Shown: positions 8,399 to 18,236 of the stretch, piece after piece | How positions within the stretch are numbered: the first letter of the stretch is position 1 | Layout: each line of letters opens with the position of its first letter | Assembly: GCA_030167145.1 (NCBI GenBank) | Contig: CP126532.1 | Span: forward strand, 3,000,001-3,032,000 | Origin: Ktedonobacterales bacterium | Lineage (GTDB): Bacteria > Chloroflexota > Ktedonobacteria > Ktedonobacterales > JADMIN01 | Direction: 5' to 3' | DNA: 32,000 nt | The notes under the pieces: model-generated | Databases searched by the model: none | The model's input: only the letters and a program-made list of their open reading frames with translations | Told to the model about the DNA's origin: nothing | Made by a program: the position numbers and the translations under genes

Positions 8399-9760
8399 AT
8401 GAGTTACGTCCCGAATACCGCCGCCGAGCAACAGGAGATGTTGCGCGCGGTGGGGGTAGAGACGATTGAAGATCTGCTAAAGCCAATATCGCCAGAAGTG
8501 CGCTTGCAGCGTGCGCTGGCGCTGCCCAAGGCGCTGCCCGAACCTGACCTGCGGCGGCTGATGCTGCGCATGTCCGAGGAGAACGCCGACCTCGACCACT
8601 ACGCCTCATTTCTGGGCGCGGGCAGCTATGAGCATATCATTCCCAGCGTCGTCCCCCATCTCTACAAACGCTCCGAATTCTATACCTCCTATACGCCCTA
8701 TCAGCCTGAAATCAGCCAGGGCATGCTCCAGGCAATCTACGAATTTCAGACGATGATCTGCCAGATCACCGGCATGGATGTCGCCAACGCCTCGATGTAC
8801 GACGGCTCGACCGCCGTCGTCGAGGCGGCGCTGCTGGCCGTCGGCCCTGCTGGCGTGGGCGACGTGCTGGTTTCACGCGCGCTTGATCCGCAGTATCGCG
8901 CCACGCTGCGCACCTACGCCTGGGCGCGCGGCTTCACCTACCGCGAGATCGGCCTGGAAGACGGCGCGACCTCGCTTGCCGACTTGGAAGCCGCGCTGAC
9001 GCCGCAGACCAAAGCCGTCATCATTCAGCAGCCCAACTTCTTTGGCGTCCTCGAAGATGGCCGCGCAATCGAACGGCTGACTCACAAGACCAGCGCGCTC
9101 TACGTCGTCGCCATCACCGAGCCAGCCTCACTCGGCGTCATCACCGCCCCCGGCGAGTATGGCGCGGACATCGTCGCCGGTGAAGGACAATCGCTCGGCA
9201 GCCCGCTTGGCTACGGTGGTCCGGCGCTCGGCTTCTTCGCCTCGCGCGACCAATTCGTGCGGCGGCTGCCAGGGCGGCTCGTTGGCAAGACGGTGGATGA
9301 TCGCGGCCAGGAAGGCTACGTGCTGACGCTTCAGACGCGCGAGCAGCACATCCGCCGCGAACGCGCCACCTCGAATATCTGCACCAATCAGGCGCTGCTG
9401 GCCCTCGCCACCACCATCTATCTCGCCGCGCTCGGCAAAGCAGGATTCCGCGAGTTGGGCGTGCAGTGTCTGCGCAAGGCCCACTACGCGCATGATCGCA
9501 TCGCCAGGATTGCTGGCTACCGCCCGCTCTTCACCCATCCCTATTTCGATGAATTCGCCATCGCCACGCCGCTGCCACCAGAGCAACTCAACGCCGCGCT
9601 GCGCGAGCGCGGCATCATCGGCGGCTATGACCTCTCCGCCGACTACCCTGAGCTTGGCGACGCGATGCTCTTCGCCGTCACCGAGGCCCGCACGCGCGAA
9701 GATATTGATGCGCTGGTGGAAGCCCTAGAAGAAATCGCAGGCACTGCTAATGTCAACTGA
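8399..9760 (+). CDS. gcvPA: Glycine dehydrogenase (decarboxylating) subunit 1
   Basis: 453 aa with a typical GcvPA N-terminus (YVPNT...EMLRAVGV) and length. It directly precedes and overlaps gcvPB by 11 nt. Confidence 0.95.
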   Translation: MSYVPNTAAEQQEMLRAVGVETIEDLLKPISPEVRLQRALALPKALPEPDLRRLMLRMSEENADLDHYASFLGAGSYEHIIPSVVPHLYKRSEFYTSYTPYQPEISQGMLQAIYEFQTMICQITGMDVANASMYDGSTAVVEAALLAVGPAGVGDVLVSRALDPQYRATLRTYAWARGFTYREIGLEDGATSLADLEAALTPQTKAVIIQQPNFFGVLEDGRAIERLTHKTSALYVVAITEPASLGVITAPGEYGADIVAGEGQSLGSPLGYGGPALGFFASRDQFVRRLPGRLVGKTVDDRGQEGYVLTLQTREQHIRRERATSNICTNQALLALATTIYLAALGKAGFRELGVQCLRKAHYAHDRIARIAGYRPLFTHPYFDEFAIATPLPPEQLNAALRERGIIGGYDLSADYPELGDAMLFAVTEARTREDIDALVEALEEIAGTANVN

Positions 9761-11231
9761 GCAATTGATCTTCGAGCGCGGCGCGCCCGGCCGCCGCGCT
9801 GCCACCCTGCCCACCCTGGACATACCAGAGCAGCCGCTCGACTCCCTTATCCCGGCGGCGTATCTGCGCGCCGAACCAGCGCCCCTGCCAGAGGTCAGCG
9901 AGATCGAAGTGGTGCGCCACTATACCCATCTCTCGCAGCGCAATTTCGGCGTGGATCAGGGCTTCTATCCGCTCGGCTCCTGCACGATGAAATACAATCC
10001 CAAAATCAACGAAGACATGGCGTCCTTGCCCGGCTTCGCACGGCTGCATCCGCTGGAGCACGAGAGCATGACCCAGGGCGCGCTGCAACTGCTCTACGAG
10101 CTTGAACAGTATCTCGCCGAGATCTCCGGCATGCGCCGCGTGACGCTTCAGCCAGCGGCAGGCGCGCACGGCGAGATCACCGGCCTGATGATTATCAAGG
10201 CATATCACGAGAGCCGTGGCGAGGGACATCGCAACATCGTGCTGATTCCCGATGGCGCACACGGCACCAATCCGGCCAGCGCCACCCTCGCGGGCTACAC
10301 CACCGTGGAGCTACGCTCCGATGCGCGCGGCGGTGTGGATGTCGCCCATCTCGAAGAAGTGCTGGCCGCGCACGACGGCAAGATTGCCGCGCTGATGATG
10401 ACCAATCCGAACACACTGGGCCTCTTCGACGAAAACATCGTCGAGATTGCGCGGCGGGTTCACGAAGCTGGCGGCCAACTCTACTACGATGGCGCAAACT
10501 CAAACGCGATCCTGGGCATCACTCGCGCGGGCGATATGGGCTTCGATGTCGTTCACTTCAACCTGCACAAGACGTGCAGCACACCCCACGGCGGCGGCGG
10601 GCCAGGCGCCGGTCCCGTCGGCGTCGCCGAACACCTTGTGCCGTTCCTGCCGGGACCCCTCCCCGCGCAGACTGAGGATGGCTATGCGTGGGAAGACGCG
10701 GGTCCGCTCTCGATTGGCCGTGTGCGCGCGAACTGCGGCAACTTCCTCGTGCTGGTCCGCGCGTACACCTATATCCGTTTCAATGGCCCCGATGGCATGC
10801 GCCACGTCAGCGAGAGCGCCGTGCTGAACGCCAACTATGTGATGCGCGCGCTGCAAGCGGACTATGACCTGCCCTATGACCGCGAGTGCATGCACGAATT
10901 TGTCTTCTCGGCCAACCGGCAGAAGAAGCGTGGCGCAACCGCGCTAGACATTGCCAAACGGCTGCTGGACTTCGGCATTCACCCGCCGACCATCTATTTC
11001 CCGCTCGTTGTGCCAGAAGCGATGATGATCGAGCCAACCGAGACCGAGACCAGGGAAACACTCGATACCTTCATCGCGGTGATGCGCCAGATCGCCCAGG
11101 AGGCCGCTGAACGCCCTGAACTGCTGCTAGAAGCGCCGCACGATACGGTCGTCGGGCGGCTGGATCAGACGCTTGCCGCGCGCAAACCAGATCTTCGCTG
11201 GCATACGCAGCCAGTGCAGACGCTCGCCTGA
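9750..11231 (+). CDS. gcvPB: Glycine dehydrogenase (decarboxylating) subunit 2
   Basis: 493 aa with the PLP-lysine region [22 protein letters not shown], characteristic of GcvPB. Confidence 0.95.
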   Translation: MSTEQLIFERGAPGRRAATLPTLDIPEQPLDSLIPAAYLRAEPAPLPEVSEIEVVRHYTHLSQRNFGVDQGFYPLGSCTMKYNPKINEDMASLPGFARLHPLEHESMTQGALQLLYELEQYLAEISGMRRVTLQPAAGAHGEITGLMIIKAYHESRGEGHRNIVLIPDGAHGTNPASATLAGYTTVELRSDARGGVDVAHLEEVLAAHDGKIAALMMTNPNTLGLFDENIVEIARRVHEAGGQLYYDGANSNAILGITRAGDMGFDVVHFNLHKTCSTPHGGGGPGAGPVGVAEHLVPFLPGPLPAQTEDGYAWEDAGPLSIGRVRANCGNFLVLVRAYTYIRFNGPDGMRHVSESAVLNANYVMRALQADYDLPYDRECMHEFVFSANRQKKRGATALDIAKRLLDFGIHPPTIYFPLVVPEAMMIEPTETETRETLDTFIAVMRQIAQEAAERPELLLEAPHDTVVGRLDQTLAARKPDLRWHTQPVQTLA

Positions 11232-11701
11232 TCTGTGTAACCTGATCTGTGTAACTGGTAGCCACATATGGCCACCACCACGGGCCACGCTCCCACCTCC
11301 TGCTCGTCGCTGGCGCGCAGGGGGAATCGCTGGGAGCGTGGGATTTCCTTTGGCGCACATCTGGCAGGCACGCGCCGGATGTGATATGACGTGATGAATT
11401 GGCGCTGTGTGTCTGTCACCTCAGTTGAGATAGGGGTGGCGGATGTGCTATGGTGCGAATGTTGTTTTGAGAGAATATCGCGCTTCATGCGACTCATGTG
11501 CTTCATGCGACGCTTATTGACTGGCTCGCCACTGCATACTGGACTCGGAGGGGTATGTTTCACCGCCTGATCTGCCTCGCATGTGCGCGTCTCGTTGTTT
11601 GCCCGGTAAACCGGAGACTTTTGGTAGCTGAGTAGTTTGTTTGGAGTCCGTCTGTTCTATTCTGGAAACACTTGGGATTCTCCCCAAGGTAGGAGCATCT
11701 T

Positions 11702-12907
11702 GTGACCGACGAAATTGCCCTGTTTATTGACTTCGAGAACATCCGCTATAGCCTGATCAACGTGCAGCACCGCGAGCCCGACCCCCAGGAGTTGATCGCG
11801 TTGGCACGCCAGTTTGGCACCGTGATGGTCGCACGCGCCTACGCGGACTGGACACGCCAGCCTGAGTTCTTTAAAGGTAGCCTTACCGCCGCAATGATTG
11901 ATCGTGTGGATTGTCCCGCCAAAGTCCGTGAGCGTTTCCGCCCCAACACCTATGCCCCGGCCTTTCAGCAACCCTATAACCAGCAGTCCAATGGCTCCGA
12001 TAATGCGCTGAGCGACACGGATGAAGAGCACGACTACGCGGATCAGGATGATTCGATGCTGGATGCCGGCGAGCTGGTCAACGCAGCGGGTGACGAAACC
12101 CCCAGCGACGAGGTGATGCTCGATGGCGCGCCGCTCGACGAGGAAGACGACGGCGAGCAGTCCGAAGAGTTCGCCCCCGAAGATGAACGCCGTGGCCGCT
12201 ACGAGCAGGCGGGGTATCAGAACGGCGGCTACTATCAGCCTCAGCAGCCATCGGTCATCACCCAGAGCAGCGTTGATCTCAATATGTTGATGGACATCAT
12301 CGAAACCGTTTTCGACCGCCCCAGCATCAGTACCTACATTCTGATGAGCGGTGACCGCGATTTCACGCGCATCTGCGCTCGCATCAAGCTGCGCCTGAAT
12401 AAGCGGGTGATTGTCATCGGCGTCCCCGGCACCGTCAGCCGCGACCTGATCGCCGCCGCCGAGCGGTTCATCCCACTGGGCTATGGCAATGTTCCCGCTG
12501 CCGTCACCAGCGGCTACCAGGGCGGCTATCAAGGCGGTGGCTACCAGGCCAACTATCAGACCGGCTACCAGCAGCAGCACCAGCCGCAGCCAGCGGCATA
12601 TAGCCTGCCGCCGGTTGGCCCCGTAGAGCCAGATGAGCCAGGCTTCATCCAATTCCTCGATTACATTGATCGGCACTGGTCCTGGCGCACCATCGGCGGC
12701 GTCGCCAACTTCATCGGCGATCCCTTCAACCCGAAGAACCGCTTCCGTGGCCGCCTGACCCGCGATTCCGCGCGTGATCTGTTGCGCGCCTGCATTGATG
12801 AGAGCATCCTGCATCTCACCACGGATATGACTGGCAGCGAGAATCTGCGCCTGAACCGCCAACATCCGGCGGTGGAAGCCGTGCTGAACGAGCCGTCGCT
12901 GCGCTAG
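11702..12907 (+). CDS. NYN (LabA/DUF88-like, PIN-related) domain protein with large low-complexity insertions
   Basis: GTG start 11702 after AGGTAGGAG. NYN motifs are IALFIDFENI, SVDLNMLMDII and ILMSGDRDF...RVIVIG. An acidic ~110-aa insert covers aa ~76-186, and a G/Y/Q-rich tract covers aa 271-300. Confidence 0.7.
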   Translation: MTDEIALFIDFENIRYSLINVQHREPDPQELIALARQFGTVMVARAYADWTRQPEFFKGSLTAAMIDRVDCPAKVRERFRPNTYAPAFQQPYNQQSNGSDNALSDTDEEHDYADQDDSMLDAGELVNAAGDETPSDEVMLDGAPLDEEDDGEQSEEFAPEDERRGRYEQAGYQNGGYYQPQQPSVITQSSVDLNMLMDIIETVFDRPSISTYILMSGDRDFTRICARIKLRLNKRVIVIGVPGTVSRDLIAAAERFIPLGYGNVPAAVTSGYQGGYQGGGYQANYQTGYQQQHQPQPAAYSLPPVGPVEPDEPGFIQFLDYIDRHWSWRTIGGVANFIGDPFNPKNRFRGRLTRDSARDLLRACIDESILHLTTDMTGSENLRLNRQHPAVEAVLNEPSLR

Positions 12908-12948
12908 CCAGGCACGCGGGCGCTTCCGCGAGGAAAGGGCGGCGTGCC

Positions 12949-14139
12949 GTGCGAGACCGGCTTCGCGTGTTGGCGGTGGACATCGGCACCGGCACACAGG
13001 ACATCTTGCTCTTCGAGAGCGACCGCACCATCGAAAACTGCTTGCAGATGGTGATGCCGTCGCCTACCGTCATCGTCGCCGAGCGCATCAAGCGCGCCAC
13101 GGCGGCGCGCCGCTCAGTGTTGCTGACCGGCCGCACGATGGGCGGCGGCCCCGCCGCCTGGGCCGCCCGCGACCATGCCCAGGCGGGTTTCCCCTGCTAT
13201 GCCACACCCGACGCCGCCCGCACCCTCGACGACGACCTGGCGATGGTCGAGCGCGAGGGGCTGCGTATCGTAGACGACGCTGAGGCGCGGCGGTTGCTGG
13301 CAGCCGAGGGCGACGCGCTGACGCATATCACCCTGCGCGACTTCGATGCCGCCGCACTGCGCCGTGCGCTCGCTGCCTTCGATGTGGACCCCGATGTAGA
13401 CCTTGTGGCCGTCGCCGCCTTCGATCACGGCGCCGCCCCGCCCGGCTATAGTGACCGCCGCTTCCGCTTCGACTATATCCGCCAAGCGGTGGCTGTGCGC
13501 CCCGACCCGCTCGCCTTCGCCTACCCTGCCGAACGCCTGCCCGCCGACCTCACGCGCCTGCGTGCCGTCGCCGATGACGCAGCGCACTATAGCGACGGAC
13601 TGACTGGCGATGAGACGCTACCCCGCGTGGTGGTAATGGATACCGGCGCGGCGGCGGTGGCGGGCGCGCTGGAAGACCCGCAGGTGCGCGCGCACGACGA
13701 CAGCCTGATCGCCAACATCGGCAACTTCCACACGCTGGCCTTCCACCTGCGGCGCGGGCGCGTCCGCTCCCTCTTTGAGCATCACACCGGCCTGCTCGAC
13801 CAGCCCAAGCTCGAAGGCTATCTGCGTGCCCTCGCCGATGGCTCCCTCACCAACGAAGCCATCTTCGACGATAGTGGCCACGGCGCGCTCACCCTGGACC
13901 CGTCCGCCACGCCGACAGCAGTGGCGGCGCATGACGGCGCGCTGCCCTTCCTCGCCGTGACGGGGCCGCGCCGCGAGCTATTGCGCGGCTCGTCGCTGCG
14001 CCCCTACGAAGCCGTACCCCACGGCGACATGATGCTCGCCGGCTGCTTTGGCCTGCTCCGCGCCGTCGCCGCCCTCCACCCCGACTGCGCCGCCCCCATC
14101 GCCAGCGTGCTCGGCCCCCGCTCAACGCCTAACGTCTAG
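12949..14139 (+). CDS. ASKHA-fold-like hypothetical protein (resembles DUF1786 family by recall)
   Basis: GTG 12949 after GAGGAAAGGG. The N-terminal LAVDIGTGTQDILLF looks like an ASKHA phosphate-1 motif. The family assignment is from memory only. Confidence 0.45.
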   Translation: MRDRLRVLAVDIGTGTQDILLFESDRTIENCLQMVMPSPTVIVAERIKRATAARRSVLLTGRTMGGGPAAWAARDHAQAGFPCYATPDAARTLDDDLAMVEREGLRIVDDAEARRLLAAEGDALTHITLRDFDAAALRRALAAFDVDPDVDLVAVAAFDHGAAPPGYSDRRFRFDYIRQAVAVRPDPLAFAYPAERLPADLTRLRAVADDAAHYSDGLTGDETLPRVVVMDTGAAAVAGALEDPQVRAHDDSLIANIGNFHTLAFHLRRGRVRSLFEHHTGLLDQPKLEGYLRALADGSLTNEAIFDDSGHGALTLDPSATPTAVAAHDGALPFLAVTGPRRELLRGSSLRPYEAVPHGDMMLAGCFGLLRAVAALHPDCAAPIASVLGPRSTPNV

Positions 14140-14251
14140 CTCAGCGGGCATCCCTCCCCATATCGCTTGCGTCGCACGGTTGCGCCTGCTACAATTGCGC
14201 GGGCGTCCTGCTTGGATGCGTGATGGGCCGTAGTCAGAAAACGGGGATGGC

Positions 14252-14845
14252 ATGCCGTCGTATCTTCGCACGTTGTATCTCATCGAGGTGCTTGTACCGC
14301 CGCTGCTGATCGCGCTGGCTCTCGTGCTGACGCGCGACAAACGCACAAGCAAAGCAATCATGGTGATGTCACTGTTATCGCTGGGCGCGGGCATCGTGTA
14401 TGTGCTGCTCACGGCGCGCTCTGCATGGGGTGCCCTGCAGGACTTCTCCTCATCAGACGCGATCCCGCTCTCTGTGGCGATGTTCGTTGCTGAAAGTGTC
14501 GCAGCTATCCTGGTGCTTGCCGCATGGATTCTCTGCCTGCACGACGCCGCCCAGCATCACAAGTGGTGGTGGTTTGGCGGATTGGTGGTCTTTGCCCTTA
14601 TCACATTTGTGTTACGGGAACCAGTGCTCGTATTTACTAGCACAGAGGGTCCGTTAGGCATTTCCCCATCGCGTACCTTGATGCTCGCCAGCGTTGCTAT
14701 CGGCTTCAGCCTGCCCATTGGTACGCTGATCTATAGCCTGCGTGGCCGCCGCTATCATAGCGCGCTTCCCGATGGTGTCACGGCCTCATCGGTGCATGAT
14801 GCGAACGATGGGCTGGCGCTAGCCGATGACGACCCCATCAGCTAG
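14252..14845 (+). CDS. Hypothetical polytopic membrane protein
   Basis: 197 aa with 5-6 hydrophobic helices. Overlaps the convergent downstream gene by 8 nt. Confidence 0.6.
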   Translation: MPSYLRTLYLIEVLVPPLLIALALVLTRDKRTSKAIMVMSLLSLGAGIVYVLLTARSAWGALQDFSSSDAIPLSVAMFVAESVAAILVLAAWILCLHDAAQHHKWWWFGGLVVFALITFVLREPVLVFTSTEGPLGISPSRTLMLASVAIGFSLPIGTLIYSLRGRRYHSALPDGVTASSVHDANDGLALADDDPIS

Positions 14846-16166
14846 CAGCCGCCATACCCATGTCACCCTGCCGCGCCCGCCGCCAGCGGAGCACCATGCC
14901 CGCAAGGATCAGCAGCGCGCCCACCGCCATCAGCAGCAGGGCGATGCTGCCCTGGAGCGCGAAGGAGAGCTTGATCCCCGATCCCGGATGCTGCACGCCG
15001 AGCGAAGCAATATCGGCGTCGAACAGGAGCGTGACGCCGATCACCAGCAGCGCCCACAGCCCCAGCCAGCGGCTGGCCGTGCGCCTGATCCGTCGCCGCC
15101 ACACCGCGACCAGCGCGAACGGCGCGGTAATCAGCGCCAGCGTGGGCGCTACAAAGTCGCGCAGGTAGGCGAGATTGCCTATGAACAGACGCTGCTCGAA
15201 CGTTGGTGTCGCCCCGATGGGGAGTGGATTGACAAAGAAGGCGAGGAAGATGACATGCAGCGCATACAATCCCCCTGAGGCTGAGGCCTCGGCGCGCTGG
15301 CACTCCGCAATCGCTGAGGCGGCGGCGCCTATCAGCGGTTTCTGACAGTTTGGAACCACCGCAGGCAGCGCGAGGAAACTGACCGCCCAGAGCAGCGCGC
15401 CCAGCGTCAGCGCCGCCGCGCCAAAGACGAAGAGACGCCTGCCATATGGCGTGCGATTCTGTATCTCCACACTCCCCTCGCCGCCAGCGCTGCGTGCCGC
15501 TGTTCGTCCGCGCCAGAGCAGCACGACGGCGAGCGCCCAGCCGAGCCACGAGAGCGCCAGCCCCGCCACCAGCACATAAAAGCCCCAGGCGGGCACGGGC
15601 GGTGAGTCTAGTCCACTGCTAATGGTGATGCTGGTCCAGGTCAGCCGCTGCCACCAGGGAAGGCCAGAGAACGGTACAATCGGCTGGTGCGCGCGAATCA
15701 GCAGCAGCGTGTGGATGAATTGGGCGGCGATGGCGGTGGTGAGCGCGAGCCAGAGGGCATAGGCCACCACGACCGGCCAGCGGATGAAGGCCCGCCGCCA
15801 GGAGAAAAACACCAGCATCAGCACGATGCCGATGAGCGGGAGCGCCGCTTGCCAGAAGATATGCCACACGACGAGCGCGAACGGCGTATGCCGTAGCGCC
15901 GGCTCGTAGAGGATGTAGGCATACGCATAGCCCGGATTCTGGACGAGCATCGTCCACACCGGCACATCGGCGATTTCGCGTTCTCCGGGCACGCCGCTAT
16001 TGAACAGCGCCAGATGCTCCCACGGCAGGAAGAGCGCGACCGTCTGCATCGCCACGCCCACCAGCAGCGCCGCCACCATCACGCGCGGCAGCGACGCGCC
16101 ACGCGCGGGACCGGATGCAGGTGTATCGGCGGCAGGCGTCGTGGGTGGGGCCATGTGCTCTTCCAT
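14838..16166 (-). CDS. Hypothetical polytopic membrane protein (~12 TM)
   Basis: 442 aa, Trp/Leu/Ala-rich hydrophobic helices throughout. No motif recognised. Confidence 0.6.
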   Translation of the reverse strand: MEEHMAPPTTPAADTPASGPARGASLPRVMVAALLVGVAMQTVALFLPWEHLALFNSGVPGEREIADVPVWTMLVQNPGYAYAYILYEPALRHTPFALVVWHIFWQAALPLIGIVLMLVFFSWRRAFIRWPVVVAYALWLALTTAIAAQFIHTLLLIRAHQPIVPFSGLPWWQRLTWTSITISSGLDSPPVPAWGFYVLVAGLALSWLGWALAVVLLWRGRTAARSAGGEGSVEIQNRTPYGRRLFVFGAAALTLGALLWAVSFLALPAVVPNCQKPLIGAAASAIAECQRAEASASGGLYALHVIFLAFFVNPLPIGATPTFEQRLFIGNLAYLRDFVAPTLALITAPFALVAVWRRRIRRTASRWLGLWALLVIGVTLLFDADIASLGVQHPGSGIKLSFALQGSIALLLMAVGALLILAGMVLRWRRARQGDMGMAAAS

Positions 16167-16350
16167 TTCCGGTGTTCATCCTCACGTTGCGCTGAATACT
16201 CGTTTCCCTGTACATACGCCAGGATCGGCGCGTTGCTCACCAGATAGCTCTGCCCGATACGGAAAGCGCATGAAATATTCGCGCCCCGCCAGACGTATGA
16301 TAGAAGTTCACAAGAAGTATAGCCAAGCATGGACATTTCTATCCAAATAG

Positions 16351-16359
16351 TGCTATACT
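16351..16359 (+). promoter_or_regulatory. Extended -10 promoter of tnpA (probably leaderless mRNA)
   Basis: TGcTATACT at 16351-16359. The ATG at 16366 lies 7 nt after the -10, with no SD sequence in between. Confidence 0.45.
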
Positions 16360-16365
16360 CTTGGC

Positions 16366-16971
16366 ATGAAGTTGAGTGAGTATGCTCGCCAACACGGGAT
16401 TAGCTATAAGACGGCTTGGCGCTGGTGGAAAGCGGGCAGGTTGCCAGGCAAGCAGATGCCGTCAGGAACAGTCATCCTCTTGCCTGAACAACCCGTGGTG
16501 TCGCAATCGCCACAGGTGGCTATTTATGCCCGTGTCTCTTCGGCAGAAAATCGCCGCAACCTCGAGCCACAGGCACAGCGGGTGGCAGCGTATTGTGCCG
16601 CACGTGGGTATCAGGTGCAGCAGGTTGTGAAAGAAGTGGGATCAGGCGTCAATGATAGCCGCCCCAAATTTCTCTCGCTGCTGGCCGATACCACGGCAAC
16701 AGTGATTGTGGTGGAACACAAAGATCGGGCAACACGCTTCGGATTTCGCTATCTAGAAACCTTGTTAGCGCAACAAGGGCGACGGATGGAAGTGGTGAAT
16801 CTGGCGGAGAATGGGCAAGAGGATCTCATTGCCGATCTGGTCGCTATCGTGTATTCGTTTAGCGCGCGCCTGTATGGACAGCGACGGGCAAAGCGCAAGG
16901 CGATTGCTATTCAAACGATCTTAGAAGGTGAGGATCAGCGCGATGCAACTGGTGGAACAACATCGCATTGA
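16366..16971 (+). CDS. tnpA: IS607-family serine recombinase transposase
   Basis: N-terminal MerR-like HTH (MKLSEYARQHGISYKTAWRWWKAGRLPG) followed by a resolvase-type catalytic core (VAIYARVSSAENRRNLEPQ...). Confidence 0.9.
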   Translation: MKLSEYARQHGISYKTAWRWWKAGRLPGKQMPSGTVILLPEQPVVSQSPQVAIYARVSSAENRRNLEPQAQRVAAYCAARGYQVQQVVKEVGSGVNDSRPKFLSLLADTTATVIVVEHKDRATRFGFRYLETLLAQQGRRMEVVNLAENGQEDLIADLVAIVYSFSARLYGQRRAKRKAIAIQTILEGEDQRDATGGTTSH

Positions 16972-18160
16972 CCGCCATGATCCCCGCTTTGCGCAGATTG
17001 ACGCTGCCGCCTTTGCGAGCAAGAACCTCTATAATGCGGCACTGTATCAGATGCGTCAGCACTATATCAAGGACCATGCGGTCATTACGTACAGCGACTT
17101 GGATAAGCTGATGCAGCCCAGCACGGAATATCGGGCATTGCCCGCTAAGGTCGCGCAATGGATACTCAAGCAAGTGACGCTCGCTTGGAAAAGCTATCTT
17201 GCCGCGTGTCGTGAATGGCAAGTGCATCCCAGCAAGTTCCTGGGCCATCCCAAACTCCCAAAATATCTGGACAAGCAGGGGCGCAATCTGCTAACCTATA
17301 CCGATCAGGCGATTAGCCGGGTGAAGCTCCGTCAGGGGGTCGTGGACTTTTCGGGCCTTACCATCGCAGTCAAGACGCGGCACGATCTGCCTGCTCAAGT
17401 GCGCATCGTGCCGCATGCTACCCACTACACGGTCGAGGTGGTCTACGAACGCGCACCCGTTCCTGCTGATGTCGATCCCACAGTGATTGCTGGGATTGAT
17501 CTGGGTGTCAACAATTTGGCGACGATAACAGCAAACCAGCCCGGCTTTGTGCCGCTTCTGGTTAACGGTCGCCCGCTCAAAGCATTGAACCAGTGGTACA
17601 ACAAACGACGCGCCGATCTGCAAGCGAAGCTCCCCAAAGACCAGTTCACCTCACGACAGTTGGAGATCGTAACTGACAAGCGCAAACGACAGATCGATCA
17701 CTATCTGCATGTTGCCAGTCGGCAGATCATCGCTGTGCTGGTGCGGCACCGCATTGGCACGCTGGTCATCGGCAAGAATGACGGCTGGAAGCAGCAGGTG
17801 AACCTGGGCAAACGCACGAATCAGACCTTTGTTTTCCTGCCACATGCACGGTTCATTGACATGCTGACCTACAAGGCACAGTTAGTCGGCATCACAGTTA
17901 TCCCTACCGAAGAGAGCTACACCAGCAAATGTAGCTTTTTGGATAACGAGTCGATAGAGCATCATGATCAGTATGTGGGCAGGCGGGTCAAGCGCGGGCT
18001 ATTCGTCTCGGCAACAGGGCGCAAGGTGAATGCCGATGTCAACGGCGCCTACAACATGATTGCCAAAGTGGTCCCAAATGCGGTGTTCCGCAATGGGAGA
18101 GCGGGTGTGGTAGTTCACCCGGTAGGGCTTGCCCTGCGTAACCGAGAACATGTGGCATAA
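16943..18160 (+). CDS. tnpB: TnpB (IS605 OrfB-type RuvC-like, RNA-guided nuclease family)
   Basis: Track ORF 16928..18160; ATG 16943 (MQLVEQHRI) is probable. RuvC-I is IAGIDLGVNNLA, RuvC-III is NADVNGAYNMIA, and the central region reads YTSKCSFLD. Overlaps the tnpA 3' end. Confidence 0.9.
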   Translation: MQLVEQHRIDRHDPRFAQIDAAAFASKNLYNAALYQMRQHYIKDHAVITYSDLDKLMQPSTEYRALPAKVAQWILKQVTLAWKSYLAACREWQVHPSKFLGHPKLPKYLDKQGRNLLTYTDQAISRVKLRQGVVDFSGLTIAVKTRHDLPAQVRIVPHATHYTVEVVYERAPVPADVDPTVIAGIDLGVNNLATITANQPGFVPLLVNGRPLKALNQWYNKRRADLQAKLPKDQFTSRQLEIVTDKRKRQIDHYLHVASRQIIAVLVRHRIGTLVIGKNDGWKQQVNLGKRTNQTFVFLPHARFIDMLTYKAQLVGITVIPTEESYTSKCSFLDNESIEHHDQYVGRRVKRGLFVSATGRKVNADVNGAYNMIAKVVPNAVFRNGRAGVVVHPVGLALRNREHVA

Positions 18161-18200
18161 GGCTCCATGTTTTCAGTAACTATACACAACAGACCCGCGC
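17950..18200 (+). ncRNA. Predicted omega-RNA (reRNA) region of the TnpB element; extent not determinable here
   Basis: In characterised TnpB systems the guide RNA scaffold overlaps the tnpB 3' end and the right IS end. A hairpin plus T-run (agaacatg...catgtttt, 18145-18173) spans the stop codon. Confidence 0.3.
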
Positions 18201-18236
18201 CATATCGTGCGCGCCGTATCGCTGGAAGGATGCCCT

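Larger units (their letters stand above)
16300..18180 (+). mobile_element. IS607-family insertion sequence (tnpA serine recombinase + tnpB); ends approximate
   Basis: Overlapping tnpA/tnpB pair with visibly lower GC (~50-55%) than the flanks. No terminal inverted repeats are expected for IS607-type elements, so the boundaries could not be fixed from this single copy. Confidence 0.8.

Noticed and set aside
11657-12997. 446-aa minus-strand ORF opposite the NYN gene, and 6541..7413 opposite gcvT
   Set aside because: These are antisense shadows of confidently identified plus-strand genes, with no motifs.
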